The position numbers and the translations under genes are program-made. The notes below the pieces were generated by a model, which saw nothing but the letters and a program-made list of their open reading frames with translations, was not told the DNA's origin and ran no database searches. From Deinococcaceae bacterium (lineage in GTDB: Bacteria > Deinococcota > Deinococci > Deinococcales > Trueperaceae), in contig JBDZWC010000052.1 of the NCBI GenBank assembly GCA_040256005.1, forward strand, positions 1-18,913: DNA of 18,913 nt. Direction: 5' to 3'. Shown piece by piece: positions 1-8,110 of this stretch. Position 1 is the first letter of the stretch, and each line of letters starts with the position of its first letter.

Positions 1-72
1 CGCACGGCCGCCACGTTGGTGGAGCTGACCGCCAGCCTGTTCGGCAAGCGCATCTTGGGAGCGCGAACCTAG
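1..72 (+). CDS. rocF: Arginase, 3' end (partial, runs off the left edge)
   Basis: Frame 1 reads RTAATLVELTASLFGKRILGART* (TAG 70-72). This resembles the typical bacterial arginase C-terminus (RTA..VEL..SL.GK.I/L). Only 23 codons are visible. Confidence 0.7.
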   Translation, partial: RTAATLVELTASLFGKRILGART

Positions 73-144
73 CCGTCCCGGGAGCCCGAAGCTAGCCGTC
101 CTGGGAGCCCGAACCTAGCCGTCCTGGGAGCCCGAAGCTAGCCG
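64..144 (+). repeat. 23-bp tandem repeat, about 3.5 copies (CGAA[C/G]CTAGCCGTCC[C/T]GGGAGCC)
   Basis: Units at 64-86, 87-109, 110-132 and a partial at 133-144, with no spacers. GAAC and GAAG variants alternate. Confidence 0.95.
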
Positions 145-183
145 CCCGAGCGAGTCTCCGGCGTACGACGTGGACGCGCGATC

Positions 184-1143
184 TCAGTCGCCGGCGGCCG
201 GTAGCGCCACCGGAACCAGGCGCCGCGAACCGGCCGCGACGCAGGCCCTGCGCAGACGAGGTACGAGCGCGCTGAGAGCGGCGTCGCCCGCGGCGATGGC
301 CTCCTTGGCGCGGTGGAAGTTGAGCCAGTGGATGGGCGGACGCGTGTGCACCTCGAACCGACCGGCCGCGACGCCGGGATCCGTTCGACCGACCTCTATC
401 TCCGTCTCCTCCTGCTCGCGACCTTCGTCCACTAGCCAGCTGCCTGCCGCCAGGGCGAGGGCGTGGCCGAGGCGCCCCATGGCGTGCCGGGGGCGCCGGC
501 CCAGGGCGCTGGCGTGCAAGCGGCCGCCGAGCCGGCTGCCGAGGGCCCTCCGCGCCAAGCGGATGGAGCGGGAGTCGCGCGCCTGCATGCCGGCACCGAT
601 CCCGACCGCGACGTCGACACCGATGTCGAGGAGCGTGTCCAGCGGGACCGGCGAGCCGATGCCACCATCGATGAGGCGCCGCCCCTCCACCTGCACGGGC
701 GCGAACACGCCCGGCAGCGAGGCGCTGGCGCGGAGCGCGGGCGCCAGCGGGCCCTCCCGTAACAGCACACGCTCGCCCGAATCGACGTCCGTGGTGACCA
801 CGACCAGCTCGCGCTCCAGGTCCTCGAAGGTCCTGCCCTCGACCAGCCTGTCGAAGTACTCCTCGAGTCGCCTGCCCCGGAACAGGGCGGCGTGGTGGAG
901 TCCGAAGTCGGCGACGTGGGGGAAGACGTCGCGCCGGCGGGTGGCGCTGGCGCGCGCCACCAGCTCCTCGATGGGGCCACCGGCGGCGTACATGGCGCCG
1001 ACGACGGCGCCGAAGCTGGTACCGACGATCACGTGCGGCGCTAGGCCGTGACGTTCCAGGCAGGCCAGGGCACCTATGTGGGCGTAACCGCGCGCGCTGC
1101 CGCCACCCAGGGCGACACCGATGCGGACGGGCTGAGAAGTCAC
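184..1143 (-). CDS. Patatin-like phospholipase (RssA/NTE family)
   Basis: GGGSARG oxyanion motif, GTSFG nucleophile motif and DGG catalytic Asp. Start placed at GTG 1143, 7 nt after a TAGCAT box; ATG 1152 is the alternative. Confidence 0.9.
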   Translation of the reverse strand: MTSQPVRIGVALGGGSARGYAHIGALACLERHGLAPHVIVGTSFGAVVGAMYAAGGPIEELVARASATRRRDVFPHVADFGLHHAALFRGRRLEEYFDRLVEGRTFEDLERELVVVTTDVDSGERVLLREGPLAPALRASASLPGVFAPVQVEGRRLIDGGIGSPVPLDTLLDIGVDVAVGIGAGMQARDSRSIRLARRALGSRLGGRLHASALGRRPRHAMGRLGHALALAAGSWLVDEGREQEETEIEVGRTDPGVAAGRFEVHTRPPIHWLNFHRAKEAIAAGDAALSALVPRLRRACVAAGSRRLVPVALPAAGD

Positions 1144-1150
1144 GGGACGC

Positions 1151-1156
1151 ATGCTA
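1151..1156 (-). promoter_or_regulatory. Putative -10 box TAGCAT (leaderless patatin transcript)
   Basis: Minus strand reads TAGCAT-gcgtccc-GTG, in frame with the patatin ORF. Confidence 0.55.
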
Positions 1157-1203
1157 TCCCCGCGCTGGAGCAGGGACGTAATCCACATGGCATGCTTGCC
1201 CAC

Positions 1204-2130
1204 ATGGTTGCGGCGGACCATGCGGCCGGGGCGGCGTATGACGGGCAGGCGCGAAGTCTCGCCCCGCGCTCAGGTACGGCGACCGACCTGGGGATCGTCG
1301 TCGTCCACCACGCCGCCCCGGCGGACGTCCTCGACGACGCCATGCGGCGCGTGCGCGTCGCTGCGCCGAGGGCTGCCGTCGTGCTCGTCGCCACGGGCGC
1401 GCGACCGCCCACACCCGGCGAGGGCTGGCCCCGCGGTCTCCAGGTCCGGCGCGCCGCGAACCGCTCGTACGCGCACGCCGTCAACATCGGCCTCGCGGGC
1501 CTGACCGCAAGCCGCTTCCTGGCGCTGATGAACGACGACGTGCTGGTACGACCCAGCACGTTCACTGACATGATCGCTGCGCTACGTAGCGCTCCGGGTG
1601 CCGGCCTCGCCGGGCCGGTGGCGCTCGACCGGTCGGGGCGTCCCCAGGACCTGGGGATACCGTACCGCCTGGCCTACGCCCGGGCGCGCGCCGGGTCGGC
1701 AGCGACCAACGTCGCCTGGCTGTCGGGATGCCTGATCGTCATGACTCGTGAGGCGTACTGCGCCACGGGCGGGTTCGACGAGACGTTCCGCTTCACCAAC
1801 GAGGACATCGACCTCTGCCTCAGGGCGCGCCGGTTGGGGTACGGCTCCCTGTTGGTACCCGCCCAGGTCGTGCACCTGGGGGGATCCTCAACGCCAGGGC
1901 ATCCGGCCTTCCACGTCGAGGGTAGGCGCGGCGGGTACCTGGTCACCGCCAGGCATCTGCCCCGCGCCTTGGCGCCGCTCCACAGGGCGTACCTAGTGCT
2001 GGAGGGCACGGTCGGCGCGGCGCTGTCTCCCACCGCGAACGGCCGCAGAGCGCACCGCCAGGTCGCCGCCATGGCCGCGGAAGCCTCCTGGGACACCGCG
2101 CCGTTCGGTCCTTCCCTCGACGACCGTTAG
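1204..2130 (+). CDS. Family 2 glycosyltransferase (WbbL/rhamnosyltransferase-like)
   Basis: N-x-x-YAHAVNIG, LMNDDV, WLSGCL, GGFDETF..EDIDLC.R and V.HLGG.S motifs. Start is uncertain; ATG 1204 lies 7 nt after CATGCT. Confidence 0.85.
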   Translation: MVAADHAAGAAYDGQARSLAPRSGTATDLGIVVVHHAAPADVLDDAMRRVRVAAPRAAVVLVATGARPPTPGEGWPRGLQVRRAANRSYAHAVNIGLAGLTASRFLALMNDDVLVRPSTFTDMIAALRSAPGAGLAGPVALDRSGRPQDLGIPYRLAYARARAGSAATNVAWLSGCLIVMTREAYCATGGFDETFRFTNEDIDLCLRARRLGYGSLLVPAQVVHLGGSSTPGHPAFHVEGRRGGYLVTARHLPRALAPLHRAYLVLEGTVGAALSPTANGRRAHRQVAAMAAEASWDTAPFGPSLDDR

Positions 2131-2135
2131 AGGTC

Positions 2136-2144
2136 TGCTAGATT
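2136..2144 (+). promoter_or_regulatory. Extended -10 box TGcTAGATT
   Basis: TAGATT at 2139-2144, then 7 nt, then ATG 2152. No Shine-Dalgarno. Confidence 0.65.
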
Positions 2145-2151
2145 CTCGGCC

Positions 2152-3048
2152 ATGGCGGCAGACCTAGCCCTGCTGTGGGATCAGGCCTCCACCGATCCGG
2201 TCCTGCTGTACTCGACGGCCGCCGCGGTACTGCTGGCCGTCGTGTCCCTCTCCAGCGGTCTCTCCAGGCGTGACTTCAAGGCGCTAGCCAAGCCGCGCAC
2301 GCTGCTGCGTGTGCTGGGGGCCGTGGCCATCGCCTGCCTACTGAAGGTGCTGGAGGTGTACCTGGCGCCCGCCCTGCCCGCCCAGGCGGCTGCTCTGGTC
2401 GCCGGCCTGCATCGCCTGCCGCTCTACGTCGTGGCCCTCGCCTACGGGCCGGTGACGGGCGCGGTGGTGGGGTCGCTGTTCGCTGGCTTCGCGGCCAGCA
2501 CCTCGCTGCCCGGTTGGCCGGAGGTCGTCCTCGCGCTGGAGCTGGCGGTGCTGGGCTGGCTGGCGATCTTCCCCTCACCGCGCGACGCGCGCTTCGCCGG
2601 GCCCCTGAACGCGGCCCTCGCCTACCTGCTCGCGTGGGGAACGGCCGGGATCGCCTTCAGCGCCCAGAGCCACGACCGTGTCACGGTCGCCGTGCTCTAC
2701 GCCGATCACGCCGCCACGGTGCCCGGTCTCATGATGTGCGTAGCCCTCCTGTTCCTGTTCGGACCTGGCGCCTACCGGGCCGCCTTCCCCGGCAGCCGTA
2801 TCTACCCGCCCGTATCGGTCAGGACCCAGCGGCCCGCCGCCCTGGCCACCGCAGCCCGCCAGACTCCGACGCTCGTCACGATGGACGAGGGCTTAGAGGA
2901 GTTCGCGGCACGCAGCGCGCGACGTGGTCTCACCCTTGGTGCGTTGGGGATAGACAGCTCGATGTTGCCGGAGCCACTCTCCGGCGCCAGGTCCGCGCGG
3001 GCGCGCCGGCTCGAGCCGCGTCGCCTGCCGGAGGAGTTCAGCCGCTAG
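2152..3048 (+). CDS. Multi-pass membrane protein, ECF S-component-like, with a hydrophilic C-terminal tail
   Basis: About 6-7 hydrophobic segments. LPLYVVALAYGPVTGAVVGSLF resembles the S-component pattern (P...a..yGp..G..vG). The last ~85 aa are hydrophilic. Confidence 0.55.
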   Translation: MAADLALLWDQASTDPVLLYSTAAAVLLAVVSLSSGLSRRDFKALAKPRTLLRVLGAVAIACLLKVLEVYLAPALPAQAAALVAGLHRLPLYVVALAYGPVTGAVVGSLFAGFAASTSLPGWPEVVLALELAVLGWLAIFPSPRDARFAGPLNAALAYLLAWGTAGIAFSAQSHDRVTVAVLYADHAATVPGLMMCVALLFLFGPGAYRAAFPGSRIYPPVSVRTQRPAALATAARQTPTLVTMDEGLEEFAARSARRGLTLGALGIDSSMLPEPLSGARSARARRLEPRRLPEEFSR

Positions 3049-3080
3049 GGAAGCTCGTGGCCCCGGCGCCCGCCGGTGGC

Positions 3081-3086
3081 TATCAT
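3081..3086 (+). promoter_or_regulatory. Putative -10 box TATCAT (leaderless phoU)
   Basis: TATCAT, then 7 nt, then in-frame GTG 3094. Confidence 0.6.
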
Positions 3087-3093
3087 GCCCGTC

Positions 3094-3762
3094 GTGGACC
3101 CCAGCCCGCCTGCCGGCGCCGACAGGAGCCCGCTCACCGAGGCGATAGAAGCCATAGCCGGCGATGTCCTGCGCATGCTCGGTCTCGTTAGGGAGGCTAC
3201 AGACCTGGCACGCCTGGCGCTCGTGGAGCAGGACGCCTCCGCCGCCGAGCGCTGCATAGCCGGCGACGCCGAGGTAGATCGCATGCAGGCCGAGTTGGAG
3301 ATGCGGATCCTCACCGTCATCGCCAGGCGCCAACCGGCAGCCAGCGACCTGCGCTTCCTGGGCGGAAGCTACATCGCCCTGCACGACATAGAACGGGCCG
3401 GTGACTACGCGGAGCACGTGGCCAAGGCCGCGCTGGACCTCGCCAAGGAACCGCCTCTCAAGCGCTACCTCGACCTCGGGCGCTGCTTCGAGGTCCTGAT
3501 CGAGATGCTGGCTGCGACCATGCAGGCGTACGCCGAGGCCGACGCCCGGGCCGCCAGGGAAGCGCACGCCTTGGACCAGGAGGTCGATGACCTCTACGAG
3601 CAGATCCAGCGCGAGCTGCTCACCTACATGATGGAGTCGCCGGCCGCCATCGGCAGGGCGAACAGGCTGCTCGAGGTGGCGCGCTACCTGGAACGCCTGG
3701 GCGACCACATCGAGAACGTGAACGAGCACGTCGTGTTCTGGCTCACGGGCGAACGCATGTGA
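3094..3762 (+). CDS. phoU: Phosphate signalling/transport regulator PhoU
   Basis: Two PhoU repeats: D..VD and RQPAASDLR ... ERAGDYA, then DQEVDDLY ... LERLGDH..N..E.V.F..TGE. Start is GTG 3094 or ATG 3085. Confidence 0.93.
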   Translation: MDPSPPAGADRSPLTEAIEAIAGDVLRMLGLVREATDLARLALVEQDASAAERCIAGDAEVDRMQAELEMRILTVIARRQPAASDLRFLGGSYIALHDIERAGDYAEHVAKAALDLAKEPPLKRYLDLGRCFEVLIEMLAATMQAYAEADARAAREAHALDQEVDDLYEQIQRELLTYMMESPAAIGRANRLLEVARYLERLGDHIENVNEHVVFWLTGERM

Positions 3763-4556
3763 CGCCGGGGCGAGGCCGCCGCCGCATGCGCCGCTTCTTG
3801 GGCGTCAGCCTGCTGCTGTCTCTCGCGCTCTGGATGGTCCTCGGAGCGGCCTTCGCTGCCAGGGACTACATCGTGGTCCACGGGGTGCCGGGACCGTTGC
3901 AGCTGGTGTTCGGAGATCACGTCAGGGTCTTCCGCTGGCGGCCGCTCCAGCAGCTCGCCAACCGCTGGCGAGGCCCCGTGCGCGTGGGCCTGCAGGTGGG
4001 TCATCTCGACGCGGGTGACCAGCCCGATGAGCTCGAGTCCCTGCGCGTGAGCACGGGCGCGACCTGGGACGGTATCGACGAGGTGGAGGTCAACCTGGCG
4101 ATCGCGTCGGCGCTGGCCGAGAGGCTCCGCGAAGCGGGGATCGTCGTCGACCTGCTGCCGGCAACCGTGCCACCGCGGTACCGGGCCGACCTCTTCCTCT
4201 CCATCCACGTCGACGCCAACTCGGACGAGGACAGGAACGGCTACAAGTCGGCGCACTTCCTGCCCGCGCGCAACCCGGCCGAGCCGCTGCTCAAGCTCAA
4301 GGTCGACAGGGCGGTCTTCACCGCGACGCGCATGCGCGACGACGACCGCAACGTGACGGGGAACATGTTCCGCTACTACGCGTTCAACAACCGGCACTAC
4401 CGCCACGCCGTGCACCCGCGCACGCCGGGCCTGCTCGTCGAGCTCGGCTACCTGTCGAACCGTGAGGACGGCCGCCTGTTGAGGAGCCCGGAGGTCCTCG
4501 CCGCCGCCCTCGCCAGGGGCGTCGTCGACTACCTCTCCGAGATCGGCCGGCTGTGA
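3759..4556 (+). CDS. N-acetylmuramoyl-L-alanine amidase (Amidase_3) with N-terminal signal/TM segment
   Basis: Zn-ligand and catalytic motifs GLQVGH, EVEVNL, DLFLSIHVD and LLVELGYLSN. Hydrophobic N-terminus. GTGA overlap with the phoU stop; ATG 3786 is an alternative start. Confidence 0.85.
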   Translation: MTPGRGRRRMRRFLGVSLLLSLALWMVLGAAFAARDYIVVHGVPGPLQLVFGDHVRVFRWRPLQQLANRWRGPVRVGLQVGHLDAGDQPDELESLRVSTGATWDGIDEVEVNLAIASALAERLREAGIVVDLLPATVPPRYRADLFLSIHVDANSDEDRNGYKSAHFLPARNPAEPLLKLKVDRAVFTATRMRDDDRNVTGNMFRYYAFNNRHYRHAVHPRTPGLLVELGYLSNREDGRLLRSPEVLAAALARGVVDYLSEIGRL

Positions 4557-4613
4557 CCGGTGCTTCCCGGGGCCTTCCGCCCGTTCCCCGGAACCGCCGG
4601 TCCGAGCGTGCGT

Positions 4614-4622
4614 TGGTAGCAT
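4614..4622 (+). promoter_or_regulatory. Extended -10 box TGgTAGCAT
   Basis: TAGCAT at 4617-4622, 9 nt before ATG 4632. No Shine-Dalgarno. Confidence 0.55.
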
Positions 4623-4631
4623 CGCCTCGGC

Positions 4632-5060
4632 ATGACGCGGTCGCTGAACTTCAAGCTCGCCACGCTCCTCGTCGCTGCGCTGTTCGCCCTCATGGCCACC
4701 GCCTGCAAGCCCGGGGGCGAGGCCGCGGGTGGAGATAGCGCGGTCGGCGCCGCGGCCGCGGCATCGGGCCTGACTGCCGCGGTAGCGGCCGACGGCGCCG
4801 GCGTCGGGCCGGCCACGGTGACCGTCGAGGTCCGAGATGGAGGCGAACCGGTCGCCGGCGCACAGGTAGAGGTCAGGGGCGACATGACGCACGCGGGCAT
4901 GGCGCCCGTGCTGGTCACCACCGAAGAGGTCGAGCCCGGCGTCTACGCGTCGGACGGCTTCGCGTTCACGATGGCGGGCGACTGGATAATCAGCGCCACG
5001 GTCGCGGCCGCTGACGGGCGCACGGTGACCGCCGAGACGTTCGTTACCGTGGGCCGATGA
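4632..5060 (+). CDS. YtkA/FixH-like lipoprotein with an M-x-H-x-x-M motif
   Basis: Signal peptide ending in lipobox-like MATA-C, an Ala/Gly linker, then a beta-rich domain with GDMTHAGM, E..PGVY and FTMAGDW, as seen in YtkA-like domains. Confidence 0.75.
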   Translation: MTRSLNFKLATLLVAALFALMATACKPGGEAAGGDSAVGAAAAASGLTAAVAADGAGVGPATVTVEVRDGGEPVAGAQVEVRGDMTHAGMAPVLVTTEEVEPGVYASDGFAFTMAGDWIISATVAAADGRTVTAETFVTVGR

Positions 5061-6622
5061 GCGGTCGGCTCGCCGACGTGGCCCTGCCCGCCACCCGTCG
5101 CCAACCGCGGCCGTTCGTGGACCAACCTCGCGGCTTCGACCTGCTGTCGCTGCCCGGCCTCAGGCGCTTCGCCCGCTGGCGCTACGCGCGCCTGGCGCTG
5201 CAGCTCCCCCTTCTGCTCCTGGCGCTGTTCGTCATCGTCGACGGCCTGACCGGGCGGCAGGTCGCACCGCGGAACGTGGCGACGACGGCGGTATGGCTGC
5301 ACTACCGTGGGCTGCTCGTGCTGGGGATCGCGCTGATCGGCAACGCCTTCTGCGCCGCCTGCCCGCTGATGCTGACGCGCGGTCTGTCCCGTCGGCTCGA
5401 GCGCCTACTGCCGCGGAAGCTCGCGTGGCCCAGGGCGCTGCGCAACAAGTGGCTCGTCATAGCCTTGCTCCTGACTTTCTTCCTCAGCTACGAGGTCTTC
5501 GACCTGTGGGCCAGCCCCTGGCTGACGGCCTGGCTCGCGATCGGCTACTTCGGAGCGGCGCTGGCCGTGGACGTGCTGTTCCCAGCCGGCACCTTCTGCC
5601 GTTACGTCTGCCCCCTCGGCAACTTCAACTTCGCGCTCGCCTCCGCCTCGCCTGCCCAGATCACCGCGGTGGATCCCGACGTGTGCCGCAGCTGCGAGCA
5701 CAAGCCCTGTCTCCACGGCCGCTACACGGCGACCGAGACCCCAGGAGCGGTCGCTTTGCCTCTGGCCGGTTCGAAGGCTGGCTTCGTACCCGCGACCGAG
5801 GTCGTGTCACCCAACGGCTCCGGCTACTTCCCGGGGTGCGAGACCGACCTCTTCGTGCCCACGATCACGTCCAACATGGACTGCACGCTCTGCCTCAACT
5901 GCGTACGGGCCTGCCCTTACGACAACGTCGCGCTGACCCTACGTGCGCCGGGGCGCGAGCTCCATCACGAGCCGTGGGCCCGGCGCGGCAGGCTGGCGAC
6001 GGTGGCGATGGGTGTGCTCCTCACGTTCTTCGGCGTGATGAACGCGCTCGCCATGATCCCACCCTTCTTCGACGCCGCCGAGCGCCTCGCCGGCTTCCTC
6101 GGCACGCGCAACGAGGCCGTGCTGCTCTTCTGCCTCTACGGCGCCGTGACGCTCCTGGGCCTGGGCGTGACGGTGCTGGCCGCCACGGCCGCCGACGCGC
6201 TGGGCGGGGAGAAGGTCAAGGTGAGGCGGGCGCTCGAGCGTTGGGGATACGTGGTCCTGGCGCTGGGCGTGGGGTTCTGGGCCGCTCACTACACGTTCCA
6301 CTTCCTGACCGGCGCCCTCTCGATCGTTCCCGTGTTCCAGCACTTCTTCGAGTACAGGGGCTTCGCCGTGGACCCCAACTGGCGTCTGGCACAGGTGGTG
6401 CCGAGCGCGTACCTCTTCGGCATCCAGGCCGTCATATCGGGTCTCGCCGGCGTCCTGGCGCTCTACACCACGGCGCGCATCGGGCTGCGTGACTTCGGCC
6501 GCCGCGGCGTGCTGGCCATGTGGCCCATGTTCGTCTACGTGCTGGCGTTCCTGGCGCTGCAGCTCGTCATCCTGGCGCAGCCCATGGAGATGCGAGGCAC
6601 GATCCTCGGGCCCTCGTTCTGA
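5057..6622 (+). CDS. Integral membrane 4Fe-4S polyferredoxin (NapH/NosR-C/FixG(CcoG)-like)
   Basis: Two CxxxCP motifs (CAACP, CRYVCP-type) in the TM region, then CRSCEHKPC...GCE...CTLCLNCVRACP. About 10 TM segments. ATGA overlap with the upstream gene. Confidence 0.85.
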   Translation: MSGRLADVALPATRRQPRPFVDQPRGFDLLSLPGLRRFARWRYARLALQLPLLLLALFVIVDGLTGRQVAPRNVATTAVWLHYRGLLVLGIALIGNAFCAACPLMLTRGLSRRLERLLPRKLAWPRALRNKWLVIALLLTFFLSYEVFDLWASPWLTAWLAIGYFGAALAVDVLFPAGTFCRYVCPLGNFNFALASASPAQITAVDPDVCRSCEHKPCLHGRYTATETPGAVALPLAGSKAGFVPATEVVSPNGSGYFPGCETDLFVPTITSNMDCTLCLNCVRACPYDNVALTLRAPGRELHHEPWARRGRLATVAMGVLLTFFGVMNALAMIPPFFDAAERLAGFLGTRNEAVLLFCLYGAVTLLGLGVTVLAATAADALGGEKVKVRRALERWGYVVLALGVGFWAAHYTFHFLTGALSIVPVFQHFFEYRGFAVDPNWRLAQVVPSAYLFGIQAVISGLAGVLALYTTARIGLRDFGRRGVLAMWPMFVYVLAFLALQLVILAQPMEMRGTILGPSF

Positions 6623-6644
6623 AGAGCCTTCCGGTGAGCGCTCA

Positions 6645-6667
6645 CGGTCCCGGTCGATCGGGGACCG
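6645..6667 (+). terminator. GC hairpin after the polyferredoxin gene (possible terminator or stabiliser)
   Basis: CGGTCCC (6645-6651) pairs with GGGACCG (6661-6667) around a 9-nt loop. No U-tract. Confidence 0.3.
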
Positions 6668-6692
6668 ACGGCACCCGGAGCCCCTCAGCCGG

Positions 6693-6701
6693 TGTTAACC
6701 T
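6693..6701 (+). promoter_or_regulatory. Extended -10 box TGtTAACCT
   Basis: TAACCT at 6696-6701, then 7 nt, then in-frame GTG 6709, which opens a clean signal peptide. Confidence 0.65.
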
Positions 6702-6708
6702 GCTGGGC

Positions 6709-7455
6709 GTGCCGTCGGGCCGAACCCTCCTGATCTGCATCGCGACCCTGTCGCTGACCGTGCCGCTCGCCGCCTCCGCCGAGGCGCCGCCCGCCTGTAC
6801 CTACGAGGACAGACCGGCTACCCATGTGGGTTACGACGACTACCCGTACACGGTGCTCGATACCGTCTTCGCCCTGCCGGCCGACTACGAGCCGCCCGAC
6901 CTGGTCAGCGCGTCGCTGGCCTTCCCCGCGGCATACGACGGCGGCGGTGGCCTGCAGGTCCGAGCGGTCGTCCTCGAGGACCTGCGAGCCATGCTGGCCG
7001 CGGCCGAGGCCGCCGGCGTCCGCCTGGCCGTGCAGTCCGCCTACCGTAGCTACGCCTATCAGGAGCGGACGTTCGACTACTGGGTAGACCGCGACGGCCT
7101 GGACGCCGCCCTCGCCAGCAGCGCCCGGCCGGGTCACTCCGAGCATCAGCTGGGCACGGCTCTCGACCTGCGCACCTGGGACGGGCCGCCTGCCTGGGAC
7201 CTGGCCGACTGGGCCGGCACGGAAGAGGGCGCCTGGGTCGCAGCGAACGCGTACCGCTACGGCTTCGTCATGAGCTACCCAGAGGGTTCGAAGGACGTCA
7301 CCTGCTACGTGTACGAGCCGTGGCACTACCGCTACGTCGGTCGCGAGCTCGCCGCCGCGATCCACGAGAGCGGCCTCACGCCCCGGGAGTACCTGTGGTC
7401 GCGGCCCGAGGTTGCCGCCGCGCCAGGTCGAGGCGGCGCGGAGGAAGAGCGGTGA
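6709..7455 (+). CDS. Secreted M15B (VanY-like) D-alanyl-D-alanine carboxypeptidase
   Basis: SAYRSY..Q, SARPGHSEHQLGTALD and YEPWHYRYVG motifs. Signal peptide ...VPLAASA-EAPP when started at GTG 6709. Confidence 0.9.
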   Translation: MPSGRTLLICIATLSLTVPLAASAEAPPACTYEDRPATHVGYDDYPYTVLDTVFALPADYEPPDLVSASLAFPAAYDGGGGLQVRAVVLEDLRAMLAAAEAAGVRLAVQSAYRSYAYQERTFDYWVDRDGLDAALASSARPGHSEHQLGTALDLRTWDGPPAWDLADWAGTEEGAWVAANAYRYGFVMSYPEGSKDVTCYVYEPWHYRYVGRELAAAIHESGLTPREYLWSRPEVAAAPGRGGAEEER

Positions 7456-8108
7456 GGCCAGCAGGGGCGCGCCTGAGGCGTCTGTGGCCCTCTTTGGCGC
7501 CCGGCGCGGCCACCAGGGTATCGGTCGCGCTCGCCCTGACGTTGAGCGTATCGGTGGCTTTGGCGCACCCCATGCTCGTCATCGGGGAGGTGCGCTTCCT
7601 GCCTGACCCGCCTGTGCCCGGGCGGTCGGCCTCCGTCGTGCTCAACCTGCAGGACACGTCCCTGACCGAGGTGGAGGACGCCGTCGTCTTCCTGGAGCTG
7701 CGGGAGGGCGTCCCGGCGGCCGAGAACGACCAGCCGCGCGGCGAGCCCGTCGTGTCGACCGACCGGCTCGAGGAGACGGCTCCCGGTGTCTACGAGACGA
7801 CGATCGCGGTCCCCGCGCTCGGCGACTACACGCTGTCGATAAGGGACAGGACCTACCGCCAGGAGGAGGCCGTCGCCAACGTGGAGCTCGTGCTCGACGG
7901 CGAGCCGGTCGACTTCGTGCCGTTCGTGCTACCGCCCACGGCCACGGGCCCCACCTCCCTGGGCTCCTGGCTGGTCTGGCTGGTGGGCGTGCCGCTCCTG
8001 GCCGGCGTGATCGTCACGGTGCTCGTCTTGCGTTCGGGACGCGATGCGAAGGCGGCCGACGAGACAGGGGCCGCCGCGGCGGAGCCGCCAGGGGAGCCGG
8101 AGGGCTAG
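7452..8108 (+). CDS. Exported, C-terminally membrane-anchored YtkA/Ig-like protein with a predicted mature N-terminal His
   Basis: GTGA overlap with the M15 stop and GAGGAAG upstream. Signal peptide ends in ALA-HPM. Contains EETAPGVY...GDY, similar to the 4632 protein. TM segment WLVWLVGVPLLAGVIVTVLVLR. Confidence 0.7.
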   Translation: MRPAGARLRRLWPSLAPGAATRVSVALALTLSVSVALAHPMLVIGEVRFLPDPPVPGRSASVVLNLQDTSLTEVEDAVVFLELREGVPAAENDQPRGEPVVSTDRLEETAPGVYETTIAVPALGDYTLSIRDRTYRQEEAVANVELVLDGEPVDFVPFVLPPTATGPTSLGSWLVWLVGVPLLAGVIVTVLVLRSGRDAKAADETGAAAAEPPGEPEG

Positions 8109-8110
8109 CG

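Noticed and set aside
64..146. Possible mini CRISPR array
   Set aside because: The units are head-to-tail with no unique spacers, and no cas genes are in the window.
170..1051. 293-aa plus-strand ORF
   Set aside because: It is antisense to the patatin gene and Ser/Arg/Pro-rich with no motifs.
1048..1203. Long N-terminal extensions from the ORF track (GT2 1048, M15 6520, 7320, 13898, 14919)
   Set aside because: They overlap neighbouring genes or promoters. Downstream starts have -10, SD or coupling support.
6709..7455. Vancomycin resistance vanY
   Set aside because: No vanHAX or vanRS genes are present, and M15B peptidases are common housekeeping enzymes.
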